DNA of 64,000 nt from Elsinoe ampelina (taxonomy: Eukaryota). The translations under genes were made by a program, and so were the position numbers. How positions within the stretch are numbered: position 1 is the stretch's first letter; each line of letters begins with the position of its first letter. The notes below the pieces were generated by a model. It ran no database searches, was not told the origin of the DNA, and saw only the letters and a program-made list of their open reading frames with translations. This document shows, in pieces, positions 37,292-52,500 of the stretch. The stretch spans positions 186,001 to 250,000 of the forward strand of contig ML992512.1 in assembly GCA_010093995.1 (NCBI GenBank), given 5' to 3'.

Positions 37292-38445
37292 AATGGAGGT
37301 GCGATGCAGCGCTCGGGGGCAGAGAAGTGGAGTTATTGAGATCTTTCGCTAACCATTTCCCGGAAGTCTGGCAGTGCTCCTAGTCGCTCTGTGAGGTCCG
37401 CATCGATGTCGTTGGCCCAATTGATCTCCAATATCATGAATGCTACAAAATCGGAGCTCCAGAAGGGATTGTGGATTCGTTAGAGCTCGACTACGCAGTT
37501 TGGTGTGCTTGAGAGCTGAGCAGTATGTAACCACAGCCTGCGTAGCCTGTCGTTTCTGATACCGCGACTGGCACTTCTACGCAACCATGAGTTGAATGAA
37601 GATGTCTTGGTCCAGATGCCTGCTTTGATCAGGGTAATTTTAGCCGAGCACGTCGCTACCACTTCCCAAGTTGCCAAGACATAAAAGGACAAATTGACCG
37701 CAGCGAGTCGCGTGAGGGAGAGCTCTTTCCAACGCGCCTTCATATCGCTGCGTCAAGCACAGCGAGGTCATATGCGGGTGTAATATCAGTGTTTCGCCTA
37801 AAAGTAGATCAGTGTCTTGCAATCCATTGCCTTCCGTGCCCAATAGTAATTATTGTTCTTGATGTGAATGGTTCGAGGTTGCTTGCCCATTTGCGGCCGT
37901 GTCGCATCATCCCGCCTATCCGACCACAAGATTTTTGTATTGTAGAAATCTTCAAGCAGACGATGTTCCCTCTTCTTCTCTACGCACAACTCCACCACCC
38001 TCACGCCCACCAACCTTTTACGTCCACTGATCATATCAACCAAAAAAATTTGAAAATCAGAAAAGCCCATTGCCTCTGCAGCATCCGCTCGCTGAGGTTT
38101 CGAGACAAAGACTTCCTCCTTCCTCCGAGAGCCCACACAAAGGTTAGTCCATTCTTTGGCGCAGACATTGCCGAGAACGACCATAGCAGGAACTGACAAA
38201 GGAGCAGACACGCAGCATTCTCTATTAGATCAGCTCGTTGACTTTCTTCCCATCCTCCCGAGTCTCAAAGCACAAAGTACGTTTTCCAATCTTGCAGGGC
38301 AGGTGCGATTCAGCAAGCCCTCATCTCTGCACAACCAGTGTCGGGCGCGCTGTGGAAAGCATCACCCATTCTCTCCAGCAGAATCTGACACGATCGTAAG
38401 CTTCTCAGAAAATCAGAAAATTCATACACATCACAAATCGCCGCC

Positions 38446-40719
38446 ATGTCTGATGCTCAGGCTTCCACCTCTCCATCCGCCGCTGCTGCGCAGCCCGCTC
38501 CCGATGCTCAGGCCAATGGTCTGAACACCGCTGTCGCTGGTGGTAGCGATGGCCAGACTCCTGTCTCCGCCGGTCCCACCGCCCACCAGAACTCGGCTTC
38601 TCTTTATGTCGGAGAGCTTGACACCTCCGTAACCGAAGCCATGCTCTTCGAGCTCTTCTCCTCCATCGGTCAGGTCGCCTCCATCCGTGTCTGTCGCGAT
38701 GCGGTTACTCGTCGGTCTCTCGGCTACGCTTACGTCAACTACAACAGCGCCGACGATGGCGAGCGCGCCTTGGAAGAGCTGAACTACACCTTGATCAAGG
38801 GAAGACCATGCCGTATCATGTGGTCTCAGCGTGACCCGGCTTTGCGCAAGACTGGTCAGGGTAACGTCTTCATCAAGAACCTCGACGCTGCGATTGACAA
38901 CAAGGCCCTCCACGACACCTTCGCTGCATTCGGCAACATTCTCAGCTGCAAGGTTGCTCAGGACGAGAACGGAAACTCCAAGGGCTACGGCTTCGTTCAC
39001 TACGAAACCGCCGAGGCCGCCAGCAACGCCATCAAGTCTGTCAACGGCATGTTGTTGAACGAAAAGAAGGTCTACGTTGGACATCACGTCTCCAAGAAGG
39101 ATCGCATCAACAAGTTCGAGGAGATGAAGGCCAACTTCACTAATGTCTACGTCAAGAACATTGACCCCGAGGCCACCGAGGACGAGTTCCGCTCTCTTTT
39201 CGAAAAGTACGGAGACATTACCTCTGCTTCTCTCGCGCAGGATGATGCCGGCAAGAGCCGCGGCTTTGGGTTCGTTAACTACATCCACCATGAGGACGCC
39301 TCCAAGGCTGTGGACGAGCTTCATGACACCGACTTCAAGGGTCAGAAGCTCTACGTCGGTCGCGCGCAGAAGAAGCACGAACGTGAGGAGGAGCTGCGCA
39401 AGCAATATGAGGTAGCCCGTCAGGAAAAGGTCGCCAAGTACCAGGGTGTCAACCTCTACGTCAAGAACCTGCCCGATGAGGTTGATGACGACGAGCTTCG
39501 CAAGATCTTCGAGCCGTACGGACAAATCACCTCTGCCAAGGTCATGCGCGACACTCTGTCCCTGGAGGAAGCCGAGCAGGCTGAGAACGAAGACAAGAAG
39601 GAGGATGCCAGTGAGGATGCTGAGAAGAAGGACGGCGAGAAGGACGGAGTCGAAGGCATCACTAAGGATATGGATAAGATCAAGATCGGTGGTGAGCTCC
39701 GTGTGCTCGGTAAGAGCAAGGGTTTCGGATTCGTCTGCTTTAGCAACCCTGACGAGGCTACCAAGGCCGTCACCGAAGCCAACCAGAAGATGGTCCACGG
39801 CAAGCCTCTCTACGTCGCTCTCGCTCAACGCAAGGATGTTCGCAAGAGTCAGCTCGAGGCCAGCATCCAGGCCCGCAACCAGGTCCGCATGCAACAGCAG
39901 GCCGCCGCTGGAGGTATGCCTCCTCAGTTCATGCAACCGCAGATGTTCTTCGGTCCCAACGGTCAGCCTATGATGGCTGCTGCTGGAGGTGCTCGTGGCC
40001 AGGTTCCCTTCATGCAGGGCATGCCTGGTGCTCAGCGTGGTGGATTCCAGGGTGGCATGGGCCCTCAGCAGGGTGGACGTGGCGCCCCAGGACAGATGCC
40101 TGGCATGTACGGCATTCCTCCAACAATGCAAGCTGGCTTCCCGCCCGGCGCGTACCAGAACCCTGCCGCCTACGCCCAGATGATGCAGGCGGCTCAGGCT
40201 GCCATGGGTGGCGGTCGTGGCCAGGGTGGTCGTGGAGCACCGATGCCGATGATGGGTATGCCTCCTCAGATGATGGGTGGCATGCGCGGACAGGGTGGCT
40301 TCCCACCTCAGCGTGGTGGTATGGGTGGTCGTCCTGGTCAGGCTCCTGGCTTCCCTCAGCAGCAGCGCGGTGGACCCATGGGTGGCATGCCTCAGCCTGG
40401 TGCTCCTGGTATTGACCTCAACCAGCTCAACTCTGCTCCTCCTCAGCAGCAGAAGCAGATGCTCGGTGAGATCCTCTACCCCAAGATCCACGAGCAGCAG
40501 CCAGAGCTTGCCGGCAAGATCACTGGTATGCTCCTGGAGATGGAGAACCAAGAGCTCATCACCTTGACCTCCGACGACAACGCTCTTCGCAATAAGGTCG
40601 ATGAGGCCCTCAATGTCTACAACGAGTACCTCAAGAGCCGCAGCGATGGCGACAGCGCTCCAGCGAACGGACCCGACGGTGGCGATGCCAACGGCCAGTC
40701 CTCCGAGCAGAAGGCATAG
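38446..40719 (+). CDS. PAB1: Poly(A)-binding protein
   Basis: Four RRMs ([38 protein letters not shown]) and MLLE domain KITGMLLEM. Confidence 0.99.
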   Translation: MSDAQASTSPSAAAAQPAPDAQANGLNTAVAGGSDGQTPVSAGPTAHQNSASLYVGELDTSVTEAMLFELFSSIGQVASIRVCRDAVTRRSLGYAYVNYNSADDGERALEELNYTLIKGRPCRIMWSQRDPALRKTGQGNVFIKNLDAAIDNKALHDTFAAFGNILSCKVAQDENGNSKGYGFVHYETAEAASNAIKSVNGMLLNEKKVYVGHHVSKKDRINKFEEMKANFTNVYVKNIDPEATEDEFRSLFEKYGDITSASLAQDDAGKSRGFGFVNYIHHEDASKAVDELHDTDFKGQKLYVGRAQKKHEREEELRKQYEVARQEKVAKYQGVNLYVKNLPDEVDDDELRKIFEPYGQITSAKVMRDTLSLEEAEQAENEDKKEDASEDAEKKDGEKDGVEGITKDMDKIKIGGELRVLGKSKGFGFVCFSNPDEATKAVTEANQKMVHGKPLYVALAQRKDVRKSQLEASIQARNQVRMQQQAAAGGMPPQFMQPQMFFGPNGQPMMAAAGGARGQVPFMQGMPGAQRGGFQGGMGPQQGGRGAPGQMPGMYGIPPTMQAGFPPGAYQNPAAYAQMMQAAQAAMGGGRGQGGRGAPMPMMGMPPQMMGGMRGQGGFPPQRGGMGGRPGQAPGFPQQQRGGPMGGMPQPGAPGIDLNQLNSAPPQQQKQMLGEILYPKIHEQQPELAGKITGMLLEMENQELITLTSDDNALRNKVDEALNVYNEYLKSRSDGDSAPANGPDGGDANGQSSEQKA

Positions 40720-41579
40720 ATTGCCGCTCCCAGCATTCCGCCCATGACCATACTCGCCGTTTGAGCTGTTCTTCTACATTTACGGCCTCAAAGATGGTGC
40801 TCAAACTTACACCGTCATCGATACCCAATATTGCACTTTACACTACCACGAATGCAAGCATGATCATCCTATCCTCGATTCATCCCCACGTCTCGTTGAC
40901 CACGAGATCGCCACCAGTATCGTCTTCCAACATCACGATCTTAGTCACACCACAATTCTCGTTTTTCCAATTTGTAAGCTCACCCATTTGGCAGAGCACG
41001 TATCGTACGGACAAAGAAGGGGGTTCTGGAGTTCCGGAAAAGCATGCATCGCTAACGAGCCGAGAGGGCTCATGTTCGCTGATTGACCTCGAGAATGGGG
41101 GGGCAGGAGGTTTCTTTCTGACCGAGATGAGCGGGAGTAGCTTAGCTGCTGGTAGATTAGTTTGCGCCGGAAAATCCACTTTGGGGCTTCACGGGCGATG
41201 AGAAGTAGAGAATAGGGAAATTGAAAGGTATGATTCACATTTTGTGTGCAGTGACTGTGGTGGATGTGATTATCTACGTGCCCAGTGTGTGGACAGATTG
41301 ACGGGCGTCAACGAGTGTCACGAAAGCCTCTTGTGCACAAAGACGAGTCGCCTGGGATGTTGCTCCACCGTATCACTGTACCATGGCTGTTGCTGCTCGC
41401 TATACTGCTACAATAAGACCCTATACACGGCTTCCCTCTCGCGACAGGACGTGTCCAGCCTCCACTGTTTGCTTCACGATTCAGTGTTCACTGACACCAA
41501 ACCTCCTCTTCCTTCCCCTCTCCTTCTTCTCGTGCATACCTACGTGCTTATCCCCAGCTTTCGACTCGGACTTTGATCT

Positions 41580-42702
41580 CTACTCATCGTCCTCCTCGGC
41601 CTCCACGACCTTTGCCCTCCTCGCCTCCTCCTCCTTCTCCAACTCATCCGCCTGCGCCTCCCTCAGCGCCCTGATCCTGTCCGCCGGCGCGGGCAATCTG
41701 CCGATCTGGTCGCTGATCTGGCCACGACCGATCAGGGAGATGACGATTGATGCGCCGACGATGAAAGTCAGCACGAAGCGGTAGACGGCGTACCAGGGTG
41801 GTGCCCAGCCGCGCTTGGTGGCCCGGGAATCGGTGTAGTAGAGGAAGTTGAAGGCGAGGAATTGTGCGATGAGCGCGGTCTCGGCGGGGAAGAAGATGGT
41901 GGGCCACGCGACGGCGGGGGCGACGACGCCGATGGCGTAGCGGCTGTAGCCTTGGGTGCCGCCGAATTTGGCCCATTCGAGGCCCCAGTGGATGGCGCCG
42001 AGGAAGGAGATGATCTGGGGTGATTAGAGGGGAGGTGGAGAGGGGTGGGAGGGACTTACGACGGCGCCGTAGCCGACTTGGAGAGGCTCGATAACGTGGA
42101 GGAGAGCTTCGGCGGTCTTGCCGGATAGGAGGTAGCCGGTCCCGTTTGCGGCGGCGTGATTGATCTCTGAGGCGCAGAAGACTGTGGCTAGTGAAGTGCC
42201 GAGGTATGGAAGAGTTCCTGCTAGACCGACGTAGACAGCTTGCCGGGGAACGTCTTCCATTGAGAAGGTTTCCTTGATTGTTTTCTGGTATATGTCAGGA
42301 TTGTGATGTTTGACCATAGACATGTCCACCTACAAGATCAGACTTGACGCCAGCCATCATATCCGTGTTGTCCTCCTTGTTCTCTGTGCCAACTTCGCCA
42401 AAGATGGGGTGGGTAGAGGAGGTGGCCGAGACGGTCTCGGGATGCACACTGAGCTTCTTCTGGCCAAATTGTCTCTCGTGTTCATGGTCAATCTTATCCT
42501 GAAGGACTCGGGTTGTGCTGTAGGTTTGGGTGAGCGACATGCTCAATGGCTTCGCAAGAGAAGCTGTCTGGCCATTGGATAGGGCTGTAATCCGTGACTG
42601 GAGCTTTGGAGTTGATCGGGCAGCTTGAAAGGATGCTCGCGTGGTGAGCGAGGATGCGTTGAGAGCGCGGAACGCAGCTCTAGGAGCGCCGGTGCGAAGC
42701 AT
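41580..42702 (-). CDS. DUF3429 family mitochondrial membrane protein
   Basis: Arg/Ser-rich presequence; GLAGTLPY, QVGYGAV|IISFLGAIHWG, APPWYAVYRFVLT; two introns (about 42286-42333 and 42015-42059). Confidence 0.85.
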
Positions 42703-43590
42703 ACTGGCGAATTACTGCGGTCTGAGTCGGAACGGGGACTCAGACGATCGTGACACGATCAATTGTCGATATAGAAGACCAGTGTAGCAATTGCTGAGGA
42801 GTCCTACGTCCGCGGTCTTCGGATAAGAAGAGTTTCACGGGCAAAGTCAAGTTTACCTCAAGTGGTTGGAGAAGGACCGAGCTCGCCAGAGGTCCAAAAG
42901 CTGCCAGAGCTCGCCCAGGGTGACGTAAAATTTAGCGTGGCCCGAAAGCACGCAGTGATCTGCACAGGCGCAAGACAAGCCGCGCTTTTGGATACTTATT
43001 TCTATAACATTGTTCTTGGTACTACCCTGAGTAATTCTGTGGTCTCTGAGCATACGGTTGTCGTATCTTCGCCCTTACCAAAGTCAAAGCCAGAACAAAA
43101 CATGTCACTTCTCGCTGCGTTGAACATTTCCAAGTGCTCGGGTTTAGCTTTGCGGCAGCCCCGCAGTAGCTCCCGCGTGCGCTTGCATGTTTTTAGCATG
43201 CGAGCGTGCTTTTTACGTCACTGAAGAAACAAGATGTTCGATCTGTGATGGACGCGACAACGACACCGCTGAATGAAGTTCACGAGGCTGCCTGGCTTGG
43301 TCGAATACATTTCTTGATTTTCCTGCTTCATGATTTGATACCCGAGTGCGACTTTTGATCTTGCAGTCAGCGCACAAGGTCACAGCTTCTTTCACTCTCT
43401 AGTCCGCCAGCCCAGTCAAGGCCAACTTGGTTTCCGGACAGGTCGCTTCTACAACTTCACCAGCAGACAATCACGATTCTACGACTCTACGACTGAATAC
43501 CTTACGAACATGTCCAAATAGGCATCTACCACGTCGCTACCAAACAACACATAATCGCCCCAGCCTGGGTTACGGCTACACTCGCCCAAG

Positions 43591-46500
43591 ATGCTGGAAG
43601 GACTCGTCGCCCAGCTGCTTAACCGCTTCTTGGGCATGTATGTGCGGAACTTCGATCCCAAACAGCTCAATGTTGGTATTTGGTCCGGCGATGTGAAGTT
43701 GAGAAATCTAGAGCTCCGGAGAGAAGCCCTGGATCAGCTCAAACTACCCATCAATGTCATCGAAGGCCATGTCGGGGTGCTCACACTCTCAATACCCTGG
43801 TCGAATCTAAGAGGCAAGCCTGTGCGGGTCAACATTGAGGATGTGTTCCTACTCGCGGCACCAAAAGAGGACCAAGAGTACGATGCAGACGAAGAAGACA
43901 GAAGGGCGCACAGCTTGAAGATGGAGAAGTTGGACTCCGCCGAGTTGTTAAAGGAGCGTAACACCGAGGGCATGTCACAAGAGGAGCAGGCAAAGAACCA
44001 GAGCTTCACAGCGAGCTTGACAACTGCAATCGTAGACAATGTACAGATATCGGTCAAGAACGTACACGTCAGATATGAGGACTCGATATCAGACCCTGGT
44101 CATCCATTCGCTGTCGGCATCACACTTCAAGAGCTCAGCGCGGTCAGCACAGACGAGAATTGGAAGCCGACATTCATCCAAAGCACATCAGGAACAACGC
44201 ACAAGCTCGCGACTCTGGGCGCTCTTGCCCTCTATTGGGACACGGATGTCGAGCTCCTCGGCTCTGGAAAAGGTTCACAGACTGCTGAGGAACAAGGATT
44301 AGATCATGAGAAGACACTCGAGAAGCTGAAGGAAATGATTGCCAAAAAGGACGCAAAAGACTTCAAGGACCATCAATATATCTTGAAGCCCGTCACTGGA
44401 AGAGCTGGTCTGGAGATGGACAAGACCGGCAAGACAGATCGTCCGAAAGTCAAGGCAAGACTCTTATTCAACGAACTCGGATTCATTCTCGATGATGATC
44501 AGTATCGGGATGCACTTCGTGTTGTCGATCTGTTCCACTATTTCACCCGCCACCAAGAGTACAGGAACCTCCAGCCCAAAGCTGGCCCGAAAGAAGACCC
44601 TCGTGCCTGGCTTCAATTTGCTGGCAAAGCCGTCCTGGATAAAATTCACGACCGCAACAAGCAATGGTCTTGGGCATATCTCAAGGAGCGGAGAGATGAC
44701 AGGATCCGTTATATCGAACTCTTCAAGAAGAAGAAGAAAGAAGAGAAGCTCACACCTGACGAAGCAAAGGAGCTGGATGCACTTGAGCATAAACTCTCGT
44801 ACGAAGATCTGCGATTCTGGCGCTCTTTGGGTCGGAATCAATTGCGGAAGGAGAATGTTGGTGTCAAGAAACAGCCTCAAAAACAGACCTGGTCACAATG
44901 GGTCTGGGGAGGCGGCCAGAAACAGGACCAGCACAGTGACGAAGCTCAAATGACAGAAGAACAACGCAAGGAGCTGTACAGCGCCATTGATTTTGACGAA
45001 AAGAAGCAATTGGCCGAGGATGTTGATATGCCTAAAGAAGCCGTCAAGTTGCAAGTCGACATGAGCCTTAGGGAGGGAAGCTTCACATTGAAACGAGATC
45101 CACATGGCCGCGACAATGAGATGCTAAAGCTTGTCTTCCAAGGCTTGGACACCAAATTCTTGCAGCGGACCGATTCGACATTGCTTGAGCTCAGCCTTGA
45201 CGCAATGAGCCTCATGGACGGCACCACACCTGACAACCTTTTTGAGCAAGCGTTGCGAGTGAAAGAATCCAAGCTGGATTCCGATGAGGGAAGAATCGAA
45301 GACGTCACTGATGAGGAAGACTCGAAGGCGGCAGCACATGAGGAGTCCAAGCGGGAAAAAAACAAGCTGAAAGAGGGCACTGATGGGGAGACGGAGGACG
45401 ATCAAGAAGATGAAGATGACGATGAGCCACCAGAAGAACCATTCTTTGCCATGGCATTCGAAAAGAACCCTCTCAGCGGCAAAGCGGACACTGCCTTGTC
45501 CGTCAAATTGAAGGCTATGGAATTCGTCTACAATCCTCGCTTCATCGTCGAAGTCGCAAAGTTCTTCAAGCCGCCAGAGCGGCACATGGAGTCCATCGGA
45601 GCACTTATGGAATCGGCCGGCTCGGCGGTCGAAGGACTTCGCCAGCAAACTCGAGCAGGACTTGAGTATGCGCTGCAGGAACACAAGACGATTGATGCAA
45701 AACTCGATCTGCAAGCCCCATTGATCATCGTGCCGGACTCCGTTACCAAGCAGAGTAGTATCTGTATGATTCTGGATGCTGGTCACATTGCAGTCCGAAG
45801 CGAATTGATCGACAAGGACACTTTATCGGACATCCAGTCCAAGCAGAAGCAGCAGTATACGGAGGATGACTTCAGGAAGCTGGAAACACTCATGTATGAC
45901 AAGTTCATCGTAACACTCGATTCGACCCAGGTATTAATTGGCCCATCGATCGACGACACGCGGCATCAGCTGGATGAGCAAGATCCGAACAAGAGCTACC
46001 ATGTTGTCGAGCGTATTAACATGGAGTTCAAGGTTGAGATCTGTATCGTGCCAAAGGCCGTCGACTTGACCAAATTCAGGATCGCTGGTCATCTACCTGT
46101 GCTCCACGCCTCTGTCTCAGATGCCAAGTACAAAAGTCTGATGAAGTTGCTGGAGGTAGCCATCCCCAAATTCGAATCGAACGAGCCTGAACCTTCCGAC
46201 AAGTCCACTCAAGGTAAGACTTCACCTGACGCGAAGCGGAAATCTATCAGTCATCGGGACTCTGTGGCTGCGAGGGATCGTAGTAGCTCCTTCCAATTCT
46301 CTGCTCAGAAGCATGAAATAGTCATGGAGGATGACAGCGATCACGATGAGAAGGGCAAGAGGCAGAAGTACCGAAAAGCGTCTCAAGGCGACAAGCAGGA
46401 GCCCAACCTCAATCAGCGAAATTTCGAATTCAAATTCACTGTCGACAAGCTGCGAGGCTCGCTTTATCGAGCAGATCCGTCAGGCAAGAAGCCGGATGAG

Positions 46501-49500
46501 CTTTTGGTGGACCTGATCGCCGAGCATTTCTATCTCGAGTTCTATCAACGTCCATTCGACATGGTTGCAGAGGTCAAGTTGAGAAAGCTCGCAGTGGAGG
46601 ATCATGTTGAGGAGAATCCTTCATCAGAGTTCAAGAACCTCATATCTTCGCACGATGTCTTCACGAACAAGGATGAAGACTTGTTCAGCCTAAAATTCAT
46701 CAAGGTGAACAAGGAGCATCCTAAATTCATGAGCGAGTACGAAGGCTTCGCCATGAACCTGGACGTAGCTGTTTCAACCATTAATCTCCTCGTTACACGA
46801 CGGACACTCTTGACGTTGCTAGACTTTGTCCTCGCCACATTCACAAATCAAAATCCTTCCGAACAACAGCAGTTGCAGTCCAAGGAGGACGCGCAAAAGA
46901 AGGATCAAGATTCAGTACCAGCACAGGCACAAGAACCCGACAAGATTCGAGTCAAGGCTAGACTGAAGCGAATTTCAGTCACACTCAACGATGACGGTTT
47001 CAAACTGGCAACCCTCTCTCTCAACTCTGCTGAAGTCGTAGTGCTGCTTCTAGGCAAGACAATGCGAGTGGGAGCGAGGCTGGGCAATCTCTCCTTGGTG
47101 GATGATGTCAATCAAGGTGTCTCCGAGAGCTCCCCTCTACGCCAACTCGTGTCAATCGAAGGCAAGGAACTCGCCGATTTCAGCTACGAAACATTCGATC
47201 CAGAGTCGGAAGCCTATCCCGGCCATGACACAGCCATCAAGCTGCAGTCAGGATCTCTGAAGATCAACTTCATCACTGAGCCTTTCCGGAAAATCATGAA
47301 TTTCGGCGTTAAATTTGGTAAGATGCAAGCTATCTTCAACGCTGCCCGTCAAGCTGCAGCAAACCAAGCTCAGAGCATACAGCAGCGAGCCAGCAAGATG
47401 CACTTCGACATCAACATCAAGACCCCAATTGTCGCGTTTCCTCGTGTTATCACCATGGAGGACTCGGTGGAGCGAGACAATGTGGTTGCCTACCTTGGCG
47501 AGATCTACGCAAAGAACGAGTTCATGCCCATCGATGATTCAAAGGACGCTGTCGTTGCGAACAAGTTGTCTGCCGGGATCCACAACATCAGACTCACGTC
47601 CAACATCCACTACGAGGACAACGAGTCTGAAGAATTAGAAATGATTGACAAGGTAGACCTGGACTTCAAGATCGCAAGCGCGGAGCATCGTACCGGTGCT
47701 AAACGCCCCGATACTGAGATTGAGGGTTCTATGTCCAACATGAACCTCAAAATTACGGAGGCACAGATGAAATTCATCATGGAGCTGACAAAATCTATTC
47801 CCGCCGCGTTTGCGACAGATCCTGACGAGGAGATCGAAGAAGACGTCAACGAGGAGCTACCAACCTCGACCACCGAGCAGGCCAAATCTGCAATGACCAG
47901 TCCTACGTCGGCCGGCAGTGACCAGGAAACGAGTGTCTCTCATCTTGGCCCTGAACTCGGTGAACCTGAAGAAGCCTGGACCAAGCTGGATCTGATCTTC
48001 AAGGTCGGCACTATCGGCCTCGAATTGATCTCGGGTAGTGTCGAGAAGCCGGTCGGCGATCTTGCTGCTGCTAGTCTTTCCAAATTCTCACTGAACGAGA
48101 CAAGCGTCAAGCTCCGAATGGTCAGCGACGGTGCACTGGAGTCTGAGCTCCTGGTGCAGTCTTTCACCATAATGGACACTCGTACCAAGGAGAAGAACAA
48201 GTTCCGCAAAGTCATGTCCCTCATCAACACCGATGTCAAACAGCAATTCATGGCCAGTGTATCGATATCTGGAGGCAAAGATCGAAGTCTTGTCGCGCTG
48301 CTCACGATCGATAGCCCTCGAATCATTCTCGCATTAGATCACTTATTTGCACTTCAGCGATTTGTTTCTGAAGGGCTGAAACAAGACGAGCCGCTTGTTG
48401 TTGATGAAGACGAAGACGAGTCGATAGCTGGGGAGACAGACGACACAAACTCCGCCTCGGGCGAGTCTGCCATGGTAGAGCAACAATCGCTAAAGAAGCA
48501 AGACGACGACAAGCAAGGCGCTATGAGCATATCGTACCGTGTCAATATCGTCGACGCTCAGATCGTGTTGATTGCAAATCCAGCGATCACGAGCTCGGAA
48601 GCCATCGTCTTGGGCGTCAAGCAAGTCCTTGTGTCGCAGCAGCACGCCATGACTCTGCAAGTCGATAAGGTCGGCATGTTCCTCTGTCGCATGGACAAGT
48701 TTGAGACTACACAACTGAGAATCCTGGACGATTTCAGCATTCAAACATCATTGGATATGAGATCGAAGAGCAACGAATCTTCTCTCATGAATATTGAAGT
48801 TGACATTGAGCCATTGGTACTCCGTCTATCTCTGCGAGACATCCTTCTGGCCATGCAGATCTTCCAGAGAGCTTCTGCAATTCAAGGCACCGGTGACGAT
48901 CAGAAGATGGCTGAAGAAGGTCCCAAGAAGCTCAAGCAAGTCAAGGCAGCTTCACAGAAGGCGACATCCACGAAGAAGGCGAGATCATCAAAGCCGGTGG
49001 CAAAGACAATCAGCACGACCAAGAAATCCACCGTCGCATCAAAGCCCCAACAACCTGGTTCCCAAGGTTCTGCGATCCTAAAACGTGAAGAAATGAAGGT
49101 CAATTTCGATGGCATGCGCGTCGTCCTTATTGGAGATACCCATGAACTGCCGATATTGGACTGGAGTGTCAAGAAATTTGGTGTCGAGGTGAGAGACTGG
49201 AGTGGTCCTATGACTGCCGATACCCATATTGATACCTTCTTCAACGTCTTCAACTTCTCTAAATCAGCTTGGGAGCCGTTGATCGAGCCATGGCAACTTG
49301 GATTCCACATGTCCAAGTCTCAACATCCAGACAAGCTTTCAGTCGAGCTCTACTCTCGCAAGTCCATGGAGATTACACTGACAAGTGCGTCGATTGCGCT
49401 CTTTTCCAAGTCTGCTCAGTTTCTCTCCGGCGATGAGGACGTCTTATCCAAGCCTCGAGGAATGGAAGCGCCTTTCCGTGTCCGCAACTATACTGGCTTT

Positions 49501-52500
49501 GATCTGAATATCTGGGCTCACTCAGAGAAGGGTGACGAGGGTAATGCAGCCAAGCTGACCGACGGTGAGGAGATTCCATGGCGGTTCGAAGACCCATCGA
49601 CGACCCGAGAGACACTCTCGCCTGAAGGTGCCACTGGTCTAGTTGGGGTCAAGCTCGAGGACAGCGGATTTGACAGCATTGACCGCATTCCTGTCAATCG
49701 AGAAGGAGAATCACTCTACAACTTGCGCCCGCGCCGAGACAAGGTGCAACATCGCTTGATGGTTGAAGTAGCACTCGGTGCAGACAATGTGAAGAATATC
49801 ATCTTCCGGTCTCCACTGCTGGTCGAGAACAACACACAGGTGCCCATCGAGATCGGTGTTCTGGATACAGCCGAAGGCCATTTGAGCAAGATCGACAAAA
49901 TTGCTCCCGGTGACTCTCGCCCTGCACCAGTCGGCGCAGCATACATGCACTCACTCGTTGTTCGTCCAGATCCAGGATTCGGATACGCGTGGAGCAGCGA
50001 ACGCCTATTCTGGAAAGACATGCTCAAGCGCCCAGTCGGCGCTATCACCTGCAAGTCTGAATCTCAGGATAGCTCGCCACCTTTCTACTTCCAGATGCAG
50101 TCCGTCTTTGACAAGAAGGACCCTCTCACTGCGGTCTACCCGTACCAGCGCATCAAATTGTCCGCGCCTATTGAAATTCAGAACTTGCTTCCTTACGACT
50201 TCAAGTATCGCGTTTACGACAAGAATACAAAGAAAGACTGGACCAACTTTCTACGCAGGGGAGGCGTCAGCCCTGTCCATGTCGTTGAGCTTTCGCATTT
50301 GCTTCTTATGAGTGTTGACATGCAAGATACCCCTTTCAAACCCAGCGACTTTGCCATTATCAATTCCTCGAACAGGGAGGATTTCAATCGAGAGAAGAGT
50401 ATCACCGTCAAGGACAAGAACAACTTGGAATTGCGACTGAACCTGCACTACTAGTAAGTGTCACGAGAAGCTTGAATCTGAATATACTGACAATGTTCCA
50501 GTAATGTGCCCGACAGTGGCGGTGCATTCAAGGTCACCGTCCACAGTCCTTATGTCGTATTGAATCGGACAGGCCTAGAGCTCGATGTTCGCAGCAAGGC
50601 TTACTTTGGTGGAACCAAGTCGGCAGCTGGACAGAACACATTCAACAATACTGATGACTCGCAAAGAGCCACACCGTTCATGTTCTCTTTCCCAACGGAT
50701 GACCGCAAGAACAGAGCCCTACTCAAGGTCGCTGGGTCTCAATGGAGTAAGCCTGTGTCCTTTGATGCCATTGGATCCACGACAGATGTGGCTTTCCCAG
50801 CAGAAACGGGGCGATCCGAGATGCACTGTGGTCTGACAGTCGAAGAAGGAGAAGGAAAATACAAGCTGACCAAAGTGGTGACACTGGCACCGCGATTTGT
50901 GGTAAAGAACAGATTGGGCGAAGAACTCAATATTCGTGAGCCCGGGTCTTCGGAAGTCACCACACTCAAGGCCGGAGCTCTTCATCCTCTGCGCTATCTC
51001 AAGCAGACCACCGGTCAACAGCTATGCTTGTGCTTCCCAGGCGTAAACAATACTTGGTCATCACCATTCAATATTGCCAATGTCGGCAGTGTTCACGTCA
51101 AGCTTTCCAAGTCTGGAGAAAGGCAGAAGCTGATCCGTGTCGAGATCTTGATGGAACAAGCCACCATCTTCTTGCACGTCAGCTTCGAGTCCAAGCACTG
51201 GCCGTTCTCAATGCGCAACGAGAGTGACACTGAATTCCTGTTCTGGCAGGCGAACCCGAACGTCGACGAGGACGAAGACGACCGTACTTCGGGTTGGAAG
51301 CCCATCCGATACAGACTTCCACCTCGAAGCATCATGCCATACGCCTGGGACTACCCAGCAGCCAAAGCCAAGAATCTCGTGCTTAGCGCGAACAAGAAGG
51401 AGAGACACGTCAAGCTGCAGGAGATTGGCAATCTCATCCCACTGAAGCTTCCACCACAGGCTGGCCAGTCTAGGCAGAAGGTCATCGACCTGAATGTTGT
51501 AGCCGAGGGCCCAACTCAAACCCTGGTGCTATCAAACTGGAACCCACGAGCTAGCTTGTACAAGCAGAAATCTGGTGCGGCTTCCACTTCAACCTCCACC
51601 GGCTTCGAGGTCAAGGAACAAGATTCCGACGTTACGCTCAAGGCGGAGATTCGGTTCGCTGGCATCGGTCTGTCGCTCGTCAATAAGCAGTTGAAGGAGC
51701 TGATTTACCTGACGCTGCGCGACATCGACGTGACCTACAAAGACTCCAAGCTGTATAACATGCTATCCACGGAAATCAAATGGATCCAGATCGACAATCA
51801 GCTGTACGGCGGTATCTTCCCACTCATCTTCTATCCCAGTGTCGTTCCAAAGACCGGGAAGGAGATGGCTGCACATCCCATTTTCAAGGCCGCGATCACC
51901 CGTGTCAAGGACGACTCTTACGGCGTGCTGTACATAAAGTACTTCACCTTCTTGATGCAGCAGATGACGATTGAGATCGATGAGGATTTCATCTTTGCCC
52001 TACTAGACTTCTCAAAGATACCTGGAGCATCATGGACCGAAGAGAAGGAGGGCAAGCTTTGCGAAGAAAACCTTGACATCCCAGAGCCACAACAGGAGCA
52101 GTCGAGCCAGGACATCTACTTTGAACTGCTTCATCTTCAGCCGATGCAGTTCGATCTCTCGTTCGTCCGAACTGAGCGCATCAACGCCGAGGATACTGGA
52201 TCGTCATCGTCGAACCCATTCATGTTTGCCGTCAATGTTCTGACAATGTCCATCGGCAATGTCAACGATGCTCCGATCAAGTACAATGCTTTAATGCTTG
52301 AGAACGCCCGTGTATCGATGGGTGCATTGATCTCCAACATCAAGTCGCACTACGTCCAGGAGTCTCTTCGCCAGGTCCACATAGTTCTCGGATCGGCAGA
52401 CTTCCTCGGCAACCCTGTTGGTCTCTTCAACAACATCTCCTCTGGGGTCGCAGACATCTTCTACGAACCATACCAGGGCCTGGTCATGACCGACCGACCA

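Noticed and set aside
39550..39710. Acidic insertion inside PAB1 RRM4
   Set aside because: To my knowledge a common feature of filamentous-ascomycete Pab1.
38431..40551. 706-aa antisense ORF over PAB1 (similar shadows over AAC, VPS23 and DUF1989)
   Set aside because: Expected by-product of strong codon bias in the sense gene; no recognisable protein.
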